Source of the DNA: Escherichia phage vB_EcoM_P8
Reading direction: 5' to 3' (one strand)
DNA: 64,000 nucleotides
Sequence record: PV390659.2
The notes beneath the pieces are model-generated. The model made no database searches, had not been told where the DNA came from, and worked only from the letters and a program-made list of their open reading frames with translations. Each line of letters opens with the position of its first letter. Position 1 is the first letter of the stretch. Both the position numbers and the translations under genes were made by a program. Below are positions 43,709 through 54,506 of the stretch, in pieces.

Positions 43709-44389
43709 ATGATAGATAAAGATTATATTGCAGAGCTGAAGGCTCTTGATGATAATAAAGAAGCTAAAGCTAAATTAGCTGAATATGCTGAACAGTTTGG
43801 TATAAAGGTCAAAAAGAATAAATCTTTTGATAATATCGTTATTGATATTGAAGAAGCCCTCCAGAAGCTCGCTAGTGAACCTATGCCAGAGACTGATGGG
43901 TTATCTATTAAAGACTTAATTAATGCTGCTGATGCTGCAGAGGGATTAAAATATGACGATGAAGAGGTCAATCCAGAGGCAGCACTTCTGATTGATTCTC
44001 CGGTTAAATCTGACATTAAAATTGAAGTGGTAGAAACGGATAAAATTCCTGAAAATATCGATGTTTTGATTGAAGATACTCCTTTTGTTGAAGAAAAATT
44101 CGAACAGGCTGTAGCTGAGATTATTGAATCTGAAAAACCGTCTGTATTTACTCTTCCGGAAAACTTTAGTCCTAATCTTCAGCTGATTGGGAAAAATCCA
44201 GGATTTTGTACCGTTCCTTGGTGGATTTATCAATGGATAGCCGAAACCCCAGATTGGAAATCTCGCCCAACTAGTTTTGTGCATGCTTCTGCTCACCAAA
44301 CATTATTTAGCTTAATTTATTATATTAATCGCGATGGATCAGTTCTAATTCGTGAATCTCGTAATTCTTCTTTCGTAACATTAAAATAA
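43709..44389 (+). CDS. inh: Probable Inh (prohead protease inhibitor)
   Basis: 226 aa; position between uvsW and hoc as in T4; assigned by synteny and size. Confidence 0.6.
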   Translation: MIDKDYIAELKALDDNKEAKAKLAEYAEQFGIKVKKNKSFDNIVIDIEEALQKLASEPMPETDGLSIKDLINAADAAEGLKYDDEEVNPEAALLIDSPVKSDIKIEVVETDKIPENIDVLIEDTPFVEEKFEQAVAEIIESEKPSVFTLPENFSPNLQLIGKNPGFCTVPWWIYQWIAETPDWKSRPTSFVHASAHQTLFSLIYYINRDGSVLIRESRNSSFVTLK

Positions 44390-44398
44390 GGATAACTT

Positions 44399-45529
44399 AT
44401 GGCTTTTACAGTTGATATAACTCCTAAAACACCAACAGGAGTTATTGATGAAACCAAGCAGTTTACTGCTACACCCAGTGGTCAAACTGGAGATGGACCT
44501 ATTACATATGCTTGGACTGTAGATAATGTTCCACAAGATGGAGCTGAAGCAACTTTTGATTATGTATTAAAAGGACCTGCCGGTCAAAAGACTATTAAGG
44601 TAGTTGCAACAAATACTATTCCTGATTCCGAAGCTGAAACAGCTGAAATTAGTACAACTATTACAGTTCAAAACAAGACACAGACAACTACCTTGGCAGT
44701 AACTCCCGATAGTCCTTCAGCTGGAGTAATTGGAACCCCAGTTCAATTTACTGCTGCCTTAGCTTCTCAACCATCAGGTGCATCTGCTACGTATCAGTGG
44801 CATGTAGATGGTTCTCCTGTAAGCGAAGCAACTAGTGCTACATTCAATTACACTCCTACTACAAGCGGAGTTAAAAAAATTAAGTGTGTCGCTCAAGTAA
44901 CAGCGGCAGATTATGATACAAAAGAAGTTACTTCTAATGAAGTATCATTGACAGTTAATAAGAAGACAATGAATCCACAGATTGCATTGACTCCTCCTTC
45001 TATTAACGTTCAGCAAGATGCTTCGGCTACATTTACTGCTAATGTTACTGGCGCACCTGACGCAGCACAAATTACTTACTCGTGGAAGAAAGATTCTTCT
45101 CCTGTAGAAGGGTCAACTAACGTATATACTGTCGATACCTCATCTGTTGGAAGTCAAACTATTGAAGTTACTGCTGTCGTTACAGCGACTGATTATGATA
45201 GCAAAACAGTTAAAGCGACTGGTCAAGTTCAGGTAACTGATAAAGTTGCTCCGGAACCAGAAGGTGAATTGCCTTATGTTCATCCTCTTCCACATCGTAC
45301 TTCAGCTTATATCTGGTGCGGTTGGTGGGTTATGGATGAAATCCAAAAAATGACTGAAGAAGGTAAAGATTGGAAAACTGACGACCCAGATAGTAAGTAC
45401 TACTTGCATCGTTACACTCTTCAGAAGATGATGAAAGACTATCCAGAAGTTGATGTTCAAGAATCGCGCAATGGATACATCATTCATAAAACTGCTTTAG
45501 AAACTGGTATCATCTATACCTATCCATAA
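44399..45529 (+). CDS. hoc: Highly immunogenic outer capsid protein Hoc
   Basis: 376 aa; three tandem Ig-like segments rich in T/V/S, followed by a C-terminal capsid-binding region. Confidence 0.9.
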   Translation: MAFTVDITPKTPTGVIDETKQFTATPSGQTGDGPITYAWTVDNVPQDGAEATFDYVLKGPAGQKTIKVVATNTIPDSEAETAEISTTITVQNKTQTTTLAVTPDSPSAGVIGTPVQFTAALASQPSGASATYQWHVDGSPVSEATSATFNYTPTTSGVKKIKCVAQVTAADYDTKEVTSNEVSLTVNKKTMNPQIALTPPSINVQQDASATFTANVTGAPDAAQITYSWKKDSSPVEGSTNVYTVDTSSVGSQTIEVTAVVTATDYDSKTVKATGQVQVTDKVAPEPEGELPYVHPLPHRTSAYIWCGWWVMDEIQKMTEEGKDWKTDDPDSKYYLHRYTLQKMMKDYPEVDVQESRNGYIIHKTALETGIIYTYP

Positions 45530-45534
45530 TCTAA

Positions 45535-45560
45535 GGGGCTTCGGCCCCTTTCTTCATTTT
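45535..45560 (+). terminator. Intrinsic terminator after hoc
   Basis: GGGGC-TTCG-GCCCC followed by a T-rich tract. Confidence 0.55.
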
Positions 45561-45617
45561 GAAAGCACACAAAACACAATCAGAAAACGATGTATATAAT
45601 GGCACCAACTCGATAAC

Positions 45618-45833
45618 ATGAGATTGATTATGAGAACTGAGGTTGTGGTGTTTACACTCCATGAGTCTGGAAAGTCATTCATTGAAATTGCTCGTGAATT
45701 GAACTTACATGCAAAGGAAGTGGCTGTATTATGGGCTCGAGCTATGACTGCTAAGAATAAATTTGAGACTCGAGAAAAAGTTGTCTATAGAAAAAGACAT
45801 ATTAATAAAAGGGTGAAAAATGGAACAGTATGA
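45618..45833 (+). CDS. Hypothetical protein (24.3-like position), possible HTH
   Basis: 71-aa ORF; segment SFIEIARELNLHAKEVAVLWARA resembles a helix-turn-helix. Confidence 0.4.
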   Translation: MRLIMRTEVVVFTLHESGKSFIEIARELNLHAKEVAVLWARAMTAKNKFETREKVVYRKRHINKRVKNGTV

Positions 45834-46098
45834 TCTTTATGAAAATGAATCTTTTGCTAATCAATTACGCGAAAAAGCACTTAAAAGTAAACAGTTTAAA
45901 CTAGAGTGTTTTATTAAAGATTTTTCGGAACTTGCTAATAAAGCAGCTGAACAAGGTAAAACATATTTTAGTTATTATTGCACTGCTCGCGATAAATTGA
46001 TTACTGAAGAAATTGGTGATTGGCTGAGAAAAGAAGGATTTAGCTTTAAAGTCAATAGTGATCAGCGTGATGGTGATTGGTTAGAAATTACATTTTGA
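45820..46098 (+). CDS. Hypothetical protein (24.2-like position)
   Basis: 92-aa ORF. Confidence 0.45.
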   Translation: MEQYDLYENESFANQLREKALKSKQFKLECFIKDFSELANKAAEQGKTYFSYYCTARDKLITEEIGDWLRKEGFSFKVNSDQRDGDWLEITF

Positions 46099-46107
46099 GG
46101 ATTAATT

Positions 46108-47112
46108 ATGTTTAAAAAGTATAGCAGTCTTGAAAATCATTACAATTCTAAATTCATTGAAAAACTTTACAGTTTAGGATTGACTGGTGGCGAATGGGTA
46201 GCTCGTGAAAAGATTCATGGCACAAATTTCTCACTGATTATTGAACGCGATAAAGCAACTTGTGCTAAACGTACTGGACCGATTCTTCCTGCTGAAGATT
46301 TCTTTGGGTATGAAATTATTTTAAAGAATTACGCTGATTCCATTAAAGCAGTACAAGATATTATGGAAACTTCGGCAGTTGTATCTTATCAAGTCTTCGG
46401 TGAATTTGCTGGACCTGGCATTCAGAAGAATGTCGATTATGGCGATAAAGATTTTTATGTATTTGACATTATTGTTACTACAGAAAGCGGTGATGTAACT
46501 TATGTCGATGATTATATGATGGAATCATTCTGTAATACATTTAAATTTAAAATGGCTCCACTTTTAGGTCGCGGTAAATTTGAAGAGCTTATTAAATTGC
46601 CAAACGATTTAGATTCTGTTGTCCAAGATTATAATTTTACAGTAGACCATGCTGGATTAGTTGATGCAAATAAATGCGTTTGGAATGCCGAAGCAAAAGG
46701 TGAAGTATTTACTGCTGAAGGATATGTATTGAAACCTTGTTATCCTTCTTGGATGCCTAATGGCAATCGTGTAGCTATTAAATGCAAGAACTCTAAATTT
46801 AGCGAAAAGAAAAAGTCTGATAAGCCTATTAAAGCTAAAGTTGAGCTGTCAGAAGCTGATAATAAATTGCTGGGAATTTTAGCTTGCTACGTTACACTGA
46901 ACCGAGTAAATAACGTTATTTCTAAAATTGGCGAAATTGGTCCAAAAGATTTTGGAAAGGTGATGGGGCTAACTGTTCAAGATATTTTGGAAGAAACTTC
47001 TCGTGAAGGTATTACTTTAACTCAAGCGGATAATCCTTCTTTGATTAAAAAGGAATTAGTTAAAATGGTACAAGATGTACTTCGTCCGGCTTGGATTGAA
47101 TTGGTAAGTTAA
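46108..47112 (+). CDS. rnlB: RNA ligase 2
   Basis: 334 aa; nucleotidyltransferase lysine motif (EKIHGTN). Confidence 0.9.
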   Translation: MFKKYSSLENHYNSKFIEKLYSLGLTGGEWVAREKIHGTNFSLIIERDKATCAKRTGPILPAEDFFGYEIILKNYADSIKAVQDIMETSAVVSYQVFGEFAGPGIQKNVDYGDKDFYVFDIIVTTESGDVTYVDDYMMESFCNTFKFKMAPLLGRGKFEELIKLPNDLDSVVQDYNFTVDHAGLVDANKCVWNAEAKGEVFTAEGYVLKPCYPSWMPNGNRVAIKCKNSKFSEKKKSDKPIKAKVELSEADNKLLGILACYVTLNRVNNVISKIGEIGPKDFGKVMGLTVQDILEETSREGITLTQADNPSLIKKELVKMVQDVLRPAWIELVS

Positions 47113-47116
47113 ATAA

Positions 47117-47144
47117 AAAGGGACCTTTCGGTCCCTTTGTTTTA
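47117..47144. terminator. Bidirectional terminator between rnlB (+) and gene 24 (-)
   Basis: AAAGGGACC-TTTC-GGTCCCTTT flanked by A-run and T-run, so functional in either orientation. Confidence 0.65.
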
Positions 47145-48425
47145 TTCATCAACGATAATTTTTGGTAATTTAACACCTAATAAAACAGACAAATCTGAAC
47201 GACCCGCCATTTTATCCATGTCTCCACCATCAATTATTCTTGCTTCTTTTTCATCTTTTGCTACAGTGTAAGGATTTGCAGATAAAGCATATCTAACCAA
47301 TAAACCGATAGATGGTTGTAAGCTTTCTGGATCAACTACAACTTTAAATGCACCTACATGTTCAGGGTCATCTAAGTCAAGACCTTCTGTATACGGAGCA
47401 TAGAAAATTGATCCAACAATTTCTTTTTCGCCAATATTTTCTACTACACCAACGATTACATAATCTAATGGGCTGTTAGTATCGCAATAAAGCGGTAAAC
47501 CATTAGCTAAGAACCCGTAGGCATTTTGTGAAAGATATTTATCATCTTCTGGTTTATGTTTTAACCAACCTGATGCAGCAAGAATCGCAGCGGCACGAGC
47601 TGAAGCAACACAGAACGTTGCAGTATAAGTTGATTCTTTTTGGATATGCGAAACCATTTCACATACCATTCGGTATAATGAACGACCAGCTTCAGGTGCA
47701 GATGCATAACTCAAATCAATGAATCCAGTATCAGTAATTCCTGTAACTTTATAGCGTTTTGATACTGTAATCAAAGACTGCAGAATATCTTTATTGATTT
47801 CATCCGCCATTTCAGTTGCAAGCAAATCTTCCAAGAAATTAGGAGCATCGAATCCATTTGCTTCTAAATCTTGTGCTAATTCAACTGTAATGCCAGTTTT
47901 AAGTTTACGAGATTTAACCGCGGTTTGCCATTTATTAATCTGGAATCTAGCATCAGCAATTTCGCTATCAGAGCTTTCAAATTTGCTTGTTACTGCAGCA
48001 TCAGAAAATAGACGAACCTTTAAAAGAACGATTGCAATCTGAAGAGCTAATTCTAAATCGCTTTCTTCAATATCAGCAAATGGTGTATCTTCTAATACTT
48101 TATAAACGATATTATTATATTTGAATAAATCGCCTTTATTGAGAGTTAATTTAGACTCTTCTGTTAATTCTGTGATTTGTTCTCGGTCTACGTACCCAGC
48201 TTCGCCAGCGTAAGTAGCACCAGTTTTAAATGTAAATTCGTTATCTGGGTTAAGGTATTTGATACCATAAAAAGCAGCAACAGGTTGATTAGTTCTTTGC
48301 GTTGCTACAATGTCAGAATATATTAATTTAGTGGTAGCGCGAGTCAAAGCAACGAGATTTGGGCGACCGATTGAGTTGCTATTCGTTGTGGTTGATTCGC
48401 GCAGAAGTTCGTTGATTTTAGCCAT
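47142..48425 (-). CDS. 24: Head vertex protein gp24
   Basis: 427 aa, equal to T4 gp24; HK97-like fold paralogue of gp23. Confidence 0.9.
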   Translation of the reverse strand: MAKINELLRESTTTNSNSIGRPNLVALTRATTKLIYSDIVATQRTNQPVAAFYGIKYLNPDNEFTFKTGATYAGEAGYVDREQITELTEESKLTLNKGDLFKYNNIVYKVLEDTPFADIEESDLELALQIAIVLLKVRLFSDAAVTSKFESSDSEIADARFQINKWQTAVKSRKLKTGITVELAQDLEANGFDAPNFLEDLLATEMADEINKDILQSLITVSKRYKVTGITDTGFIDLSYASAPEAGRSLYRMVCEMVSHIQKESTYTATFCVASARAAAILAASGWLKHKPEDDKYLSQNAYGFLANGLPLYCDTNSPLDYVIVGVVENIGEKEIVGSIFYAPYTEGLDLDDPEHVGAFKVVVDPESLQPSIGLLVRYALSANPYTVAKDEKEARIIDGGDMDKMAGRSDLSVLLGVKLPKIIVDE

Positions 48426-48452
48426 TGCGCTTTCCTTTTGGTTTATATGATT

Positions 48453-48460
48453 TATTTATA
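48453..48460 (-). promoter_or_regulatory. Late promoter (TATAAATA) for gene 24
   Basis: - strand TATAAATA 28 nt upstream of gp24 ATG, downstream of the post-gene-23 hairpin. Confidence 0.5.
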
Positions 48461-48475
48461 CCATAAAAACAACTA

Positions 48476-48495
48476 AAGGGACCCGAAGGTCCCTT
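48476..48495 (-). terminator. Hairpin after gene 23
   Basis: AAGGGACC-CGAA-GGTCCCTT in the 83-bp gap between genes 23 and 24. Confidence 0.5.
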
Positions 48496-48508
48496 AAATC
48501 GTCAAAGA

Positions 48509-50074
48509 TTAGATACCTTTAACATATACACGGCGGAAGTAAGCGTTTTTACCAAGGCTATTCAGAATAGAAGGCATACCGCTTTGAATGCGAGAAGCCG
48601 GAGCCTGAGCAGCGGATTCTGCAAATGGGTTGATACCGATACCGTAACGAGTTTTGAATCCCATTACTGGTTGGAAGTTCTTCGGATCGGAACCACGCAG
48701 CGGAGTCAGAGCTACATATGGAGCATAGTAAATACCAGCATCCATTTCGTTCGGACCTTTATAACCTACAGTGAAATAATCCTGTTTAGCATACTGGTCG
48801 ATATATACACGGTATTTACCACCCAGAACACCAGCAAATACTGACTTGGTAGTATCAGTGTTAAAGCCGGTAGCCAGACCCTGTGCAGCATAAGAAATGC
48901 CAGTATCAACTGAAGCCAGAACGTTAACTACGTTACGGGAAGCGATAATGAAGTTACCTTCACCACGACCGGTCTGACGAGCAATTTCAACTGCTTCTTT
49001 GTCAATCTGGAACAACAGAGCTTTAAAGGATTCACCCGCCCAGCGAGCACCACGAATATCAATCGGATCCTGGAAGTCAAATACACCAGCTTTAGAACCC
49101 GGAGTCAGGGTCATACCAGATTTACCAACCTGAGCTGAGTAGTTAATCCAATCAACAACTTCACGGTTAATTTCCAGCATGATTTCGGTAGCCAGAATAC
49201 CAGACAGTTCAGCATCAGCATCCATACCGTGAACAGCGCGGAGGTCTTGTGCTAATTCGATAGAGTAAGCAGCTTTCAGCTGACGAGATTTAGCTTCGAT
49301 AACTTGTTTATCGATACGGAAGCCCATTTCATTCCATGGGTTATCGGTAGAACCGTTGAAACCTTCCTGAAGTTCAGCGATAGAAGTAGCCATACCTTCA
49401 GCGATTTCTACCAGTACACCAGCTTCCATTTGTTTCTTAATTTCAGCATCTAATTTAGCTGCATCAGTTGCGCTTGCACTAATTGTTACTTGAGCAGAAG
49501 CCTGCAGATACACAGTACCAGTGTCCTGGAAGAAGTGAGTATAGATATCACCTACTGTGGTTTCTGTGCTAGCAGCCAGAGCCGGGAATTTCTTAGCAGC
49601 ACCCTGACCAGAGAACATTGCATCTGGACCATACATTGGGTGGAATGCTTCTTTAGCACCGGAAGCGATTGGGTCTTTACCATATACTGCACGCAGTGCG
49701 AATACCTGGCCAGTCGGGCTGTTCATCGGCTGAACACCACAAATATCGAAAGCAATCAGGTTAGGAATAGCACGACGTACCATACCCATAACAGCTGGGC
49801 CAATCTGAGTTACTGCGCCAGAAGTCTGACCAGCAGCGATGTTAGTAGCATTGTAACCGTGGTCACCACCGATTTCAGCTTCTGTTAAGAAAGAACCGAA
49901 CGCCTGAGCGATTTTTTCGTCTTTGTACTCTGGAGCTGTCTGGAAATCTTTTTCCTGGTTTTCAAAGATTTTAGCGATAATCGCTTGTTTGCTATTAGCA
50001 ATTTCCGGTAAACCTTCACCTTCCAGTAATGGCTTCCATTTGTTCAAAAGTTCAGCTTTAGTTTTGATAGTCAT
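48509..50074 (-). CDS. 23: Major capsid protein gp23
   Basis: 521 aa, MTIKTKAELLNKWKPLLEGEGLPEIANSKQAIIAKIFENQEKDFQ...; host-optimal codon usage. Confidence 0.97.
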   Translation of the reverse strand: MTIKTKAELLNKWKPLLEGEGLPEIANSKQAIIAKIFENQEKDFQTAPEYKDEKIAQAFGSFLTEAEIGGDHGYNATNIAAGQTSGAVTQIGPAVMGMVRRAIPNLIAFDICGVQPMNSPTGQVFALRAVYGKDPIASGAKEAFHPMYGPDAMFSGQGAAKKFPALAASTETTVGDIYTHFFQDTGTVYLQASAQVTISASATDAAKLDAEIKKQMEAGVLVEIAEGMATSIAELQEGFNGSTDNPWNEMGFRIDKQVIEAKSRQLKAAYSIELAQDLRAVHGMDADAELSGILATEIMLEINREVVDWINYSAQVGKSGMTLTPGSKAGVFDFQDPIDIRGARWAGESFKALLFQIDKEAVEIARQTGRGEGNFIIASRNVVNVLASVDTGISYAAQGLATGFNTDTTKSVFAGVLGGKYRVYIDQYAKQDYFTVGYKGPNEMDAGIYYAPYVALTPLRGSDPKNFQPVMGFKTRYGIGINPFAESAAQAPASRIQSGMPSILNSLGKNAYFRRVYVKGI

Positions 50075-50092
50075 TTGTGTTAACCTTTAAAA

Positions 50093-50902
50093 TTAGAAAC
50101 GAGATGCGACTTTCGCATATACACTTACAATATCTTCTGCACCAGGTGCAGCTTTATCTTCTACAGCTTCAGTGACGAAATTCAGTCCGGCTGCTTCAGT
50201 ATCAGGAGTATTTATACCCTCAGTAATAGTGCTTTCATCTTTATTAGACTTCTTCACCATTTCTACGATGGCACTCAATTTATTTGAGAATTCATCTGAA
50301 TAATCCATACCTTCGACCAGAGCAGAGACTTTTTCTTTTTGAGACTCAGTCAGATCTTTAGTACTTTCGCTCAATGCCACTTCACGCTGCACATAATTGA
50401 TATATGCGTCACGCTTATTGAGTTCTTCGAACAGACGAGCTGATTCTTCTTTATGTTCTTGCAGCTCTTCTTCCATTTCAGCCACAACATCAACTGATTC
50501 TTCTGGAACAACAACGTTGTGTTCAACAAAGAGCTCTTTTAATCCACCAAGCATGGATTCAAACAGTTCGGCTTTGATGCCTTTATCAACTGCTAATTTA
50601 TTTTCAGCGAGCCATTCTTTTGCAAGATGGTCGATGAATTTAGAAGCTTGCTCAGCGATTTTCTTCTCAGCTTTTTCTTCGGCTTCTTCTTTATTTTTTT
50701 CTACTTCTTCTTCTGCTTTTTCAGCAATTTTAGCGATATGAGATTCAGCTAATTTAACGGCGTGCTGCTTGACGGTAGCTTCGAATACAGTGCCGAAAGT
50801 TTCTTTTGCTTCCGGAGAAATATTAACTGATTCGAAAATACTATCAAGAGCAACGGAAGCATCAATTTTTTGCGCTTCAGCAATCAGTTGTTCTTTAAGC
50901 AT
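50093..50902 (-). CDS. 22: Prohead core scaffolding protein gp22
   Basis: 269 aa; highly charged helical protein; synteny. Confidence 0.85.
   Translation of the reverse strand: MLKEQLIAEAQKIDASVALDSIFESVNISPEAKETFGTVFEATVKQHAVKLAESHIAKIAEKAEEEVEKNKEEAEEKAEKKIAEQASKFIDHLAKEWLAENKLAVDKGIKAELFESMLGGLKELFVEHNVVVPEESVDVVAEMEEELQEHKEESARLFEELNKRDAYINYVQREVALSESTKDLTESQKEKVSALVEGMDYSDEFSNKLSAIVEMVKKSNKDESTITEGINTPDTEAAGLNFVTEAVEDKAAPGAEDIVSVYAKVASRF
50209..50216 (-). promoter_or_regulatory. Candidate late promoter (TATAAATA) upstream of gene 23, inside gene 22 3' end
   Basis: - strand TATAAATA ~135 nt upstream of gp23 ATG; no closer match seen. Confidence 0.35.
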
Positions 50903-50932
50903 TTTGTAGTCCTGTTGTTTAGATAATAATAT

Positions 50933-51571
50933 TTATAACGCTTTTTTCATGGCCTCTGCGAGAGCCATATAGGCGTCATCGGCACTTGTATCGGCTTCCG
51001 CCGTCTGTGATTCGGTAATTTCCTTAGGAGTTACCCATGCATCTGGAGCACTTGGACCCCATACTGCATCAACACCTACAGTTAATTTGAATCCTTCGTT
51101 TACGATACGATAACCTTTATTTGTGTCAGTCAATGAACCTAATCCACGAGAAGAAACTCCTGGAATCCATCCGGCACGAATATTAGCTGCTAATTTATCT
51201 CCAGGACCGTGGTCACCTTCAATAACACGAGCTCGTCCGTATACGTCATTTCCTTTCCACCACATATCTTCTATAATGATAGCGGCTTGCATCGGGTCAA
51301 CATTAGCGCGTGGAGGATGATTTAATTCTCCGAGAGCTTGTTTAGTTAAAACTTGCTCATTAATATAGTCTTTTACCGCTTTTTCTAATATGCGTTTTGG
51401 ATAAAGACGTTTATTTCTATTGACGACTTCTGCTTGCATGAATATTCCTTCGATGTATAAACCCGGTTTTAAACCTAAGTCTTTTCCATCGTGGGATTCG
51501 AGCATTGGCACACCATCAATAATTTCGCCAGGTTGACCCCAAGTTTCAATTAGTAATTGGGGTTCATTCAT
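50933..51571 (-). CDS. 21: Prohead core protease gp21
   Basis: 212 aa; synteny 20-67-68-21-22-23. Confidence 0.85.
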   Translation of the reverse strand: MNEPQLLIETWGQPGEIIDGVPMLESHDGKDLGLKPGLYIEGIFMQAEVVNRNKRLYPKRILEKAVKDYINEQVLTKQALGELNHPPRANVDPMQAAIIIEDMWWKGNDVYGRARVIEGDHGPGDKLAANIRAGWIPGVSSRGLGSLTDTNKGYRIVNEGFKLTVGVDAVWGPSAPDAWVTPKEITESQTAEADTSADDAYMALAEAMKKAL

Positions 51572-51996
51572 TAGCTTAATCCTAATGCTTTACGGCGTTT
51601 AAGAGCTTTTTTACGCTTACGCTGAGCACGAGATTGACCTGCTGGATTGGCAATCTTCGTTTTGGTAGCTTTGCGAGCAATTTGTCTACGTTTTGCTTTA
51701 GACAGTCCGGTGGTTTGAAATGCATTACGTTCACGCGTCTTGCGGTCTTTAGTACGTGTAATTTCACCACGAGCAGAAACATGTTTAACGATGAATTCAT
51801 TTAGCGGCATATCTTCATTAATAGAAGCTAATGCAATTGCTAAATCAGTTTCATCATCAAGCATATTCTCGACAATTGTATTTATATCGTCTTTATTTAA
51901 AGCAGAAGACAATTCGTCAAAGCGACCCTGTGCTTCAGGAATAAGTGCTTCGACATTCTCGAGAACTAATTCATGAGTTTCAGGGATCAGAAGCAT
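51571..51996 (-). CDS. 68: Prohead core protein gp68
   Basis: 141 aa; basic C-terminus; synteny. Confidence 0.7.
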   Translation of the reverse strand: MLLIPETHELVLENVEALIPEAQGRFDELSSALNKDDINTIVENMLDDETDLAIALASINEDMPLNEFIVKHVSARGEITRTKDRKTRERNAFQTTGLSKAKRRQIARKATKTKIANPAGQSRAQRKRKKALKRRKALGLS

Positions 51997-52240
51997 TATT
52001 CATCATCCTCGTCTTCGTCATCTTCGTCAGAGTCTTTGTCTTTTTTGTCGTCTTTATCATCACTATCTTCGTCTTCATCATCCTCGTCTTCAGGTTCTTC
52101 ACCTTCGATTAAGAAATTACGAGCGATAGCGATTTTTTCTTCTTTAATTAAATCAATCGTTCTTGCAGCCATGGCTTCAGCAAATAATTTACGAGCGGCT
52201 ACGAGGTCGTTTGATTTAATAGCTTCAATTAAACCTTCCA

Positions 52241-52241
<1 letters not shown>
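51996..52241 (-). CDS. 67: Prohead core protein gp67
   Basis: 81 aa with poly-acidic C-terminal tail ([15 protein letters not shown]...). Confidence 0.75.
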
Positions 52242-53866
<1,625 letters not shown>

Positions 53867-53898
53867 TTAAGCAGGATGGGGATTTCTCCCCATTCATT

Positions 53899-54390
53899 TT
53901 ATTCCCAATAATCGAGAGCGAGAGTTACTTCAAAGGTTTGGATTTCATTGTTTGAATCCCAATCTAACTGAAGTTCACCCACGTTAGTAGGCCACAGGCC
54001 TTTAATTTCGACTTCTTTTGTTACAGTTTTAGCGTCACGAGCATATTGGCGTACAATAGCACTCTTTTTATACTCTGCTGGTTTTCCACCAGTAATTTCG
54101 TTTCCTTGCCCAGCAGCAATGCTTTGCCAGTCAACAAACTTCTGGCGTGCATCATGCGCCTCATCATTCATTACTGTAATAGTCCAGTCATCGAATGTAC
54201 GATCGCCTGCTACGTTAATTTTACGGTTCATAAATCCGACTGGAATTTTTTCTACAATACCAGCTGGTAAAGCAGTGGCTTTACATTGAAACGTAAAATT
54301 TTGTCCAAGATAAGAAATTTCTACTTGGAATAAGTTAGGTCGAGCAAAATCACCAGATTCAAACGCTCGTGTTACATCATCTACAAACAT
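53899..54390 (-). CDS. 19: Tail tube protein gp19
   Basis: 163 aa, equal to T4 gp19. Confidence 0.9.
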   Translation of the reverse strand: MFVDDVTRAFESGDFARPNLFQVEISYLGQNFTFQCKATALPAGIVEKIPVGFMNRKINVAGDRTFDDWTITVMNDEAHDARQKFVDWQSIAAGQGNEITGGKPAEYKKSAIVRQYARDAKTVTKEVEIKGLWPTNVGELQLDWDSNNEIQTFEVTLALDYWE

Positions 54391-54463
54391 ATTAGCCTCT
54401 GTAGTATTTATATCCCTATGTTTAACCTAGGGCATATAGAATTAAAGAATTAAGGATATAGTG

Positions 54464-54471
54464 TATTTATA
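54464..54471 (-). promoter_or_regulatory. Late promoter (TATAAATA) for gene 19
   Basis: - strand TATAAATA between the post-gene-18 hairpin and gp19 ATG; a second copy at 54405-54412. Confidence 0.45.
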
Positions 54472-54472
54472 T

Positions 54473-54490
54473 GGCCTGCCGAAACAGGCC
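54473..54490 (-). terminator. Hairpin after gene 18
   Basis: GGCCTG-CCGAAA-CAGGCC between gp18 stop and the gene 19 late promoter. Confidence 0.4.
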
Positions 54491-54506
54491 TTTAGAATGC
54501 ACCGTA

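Noticed and set aside
47528-50741. Several + strand ORFs (47528, 47794, 48584, 49490, 50397) opposite genes 24, 23 and 22.
   Set aside because: Antisense to highly expressed structural genes with T4-matching lengths; low-complexity translations.
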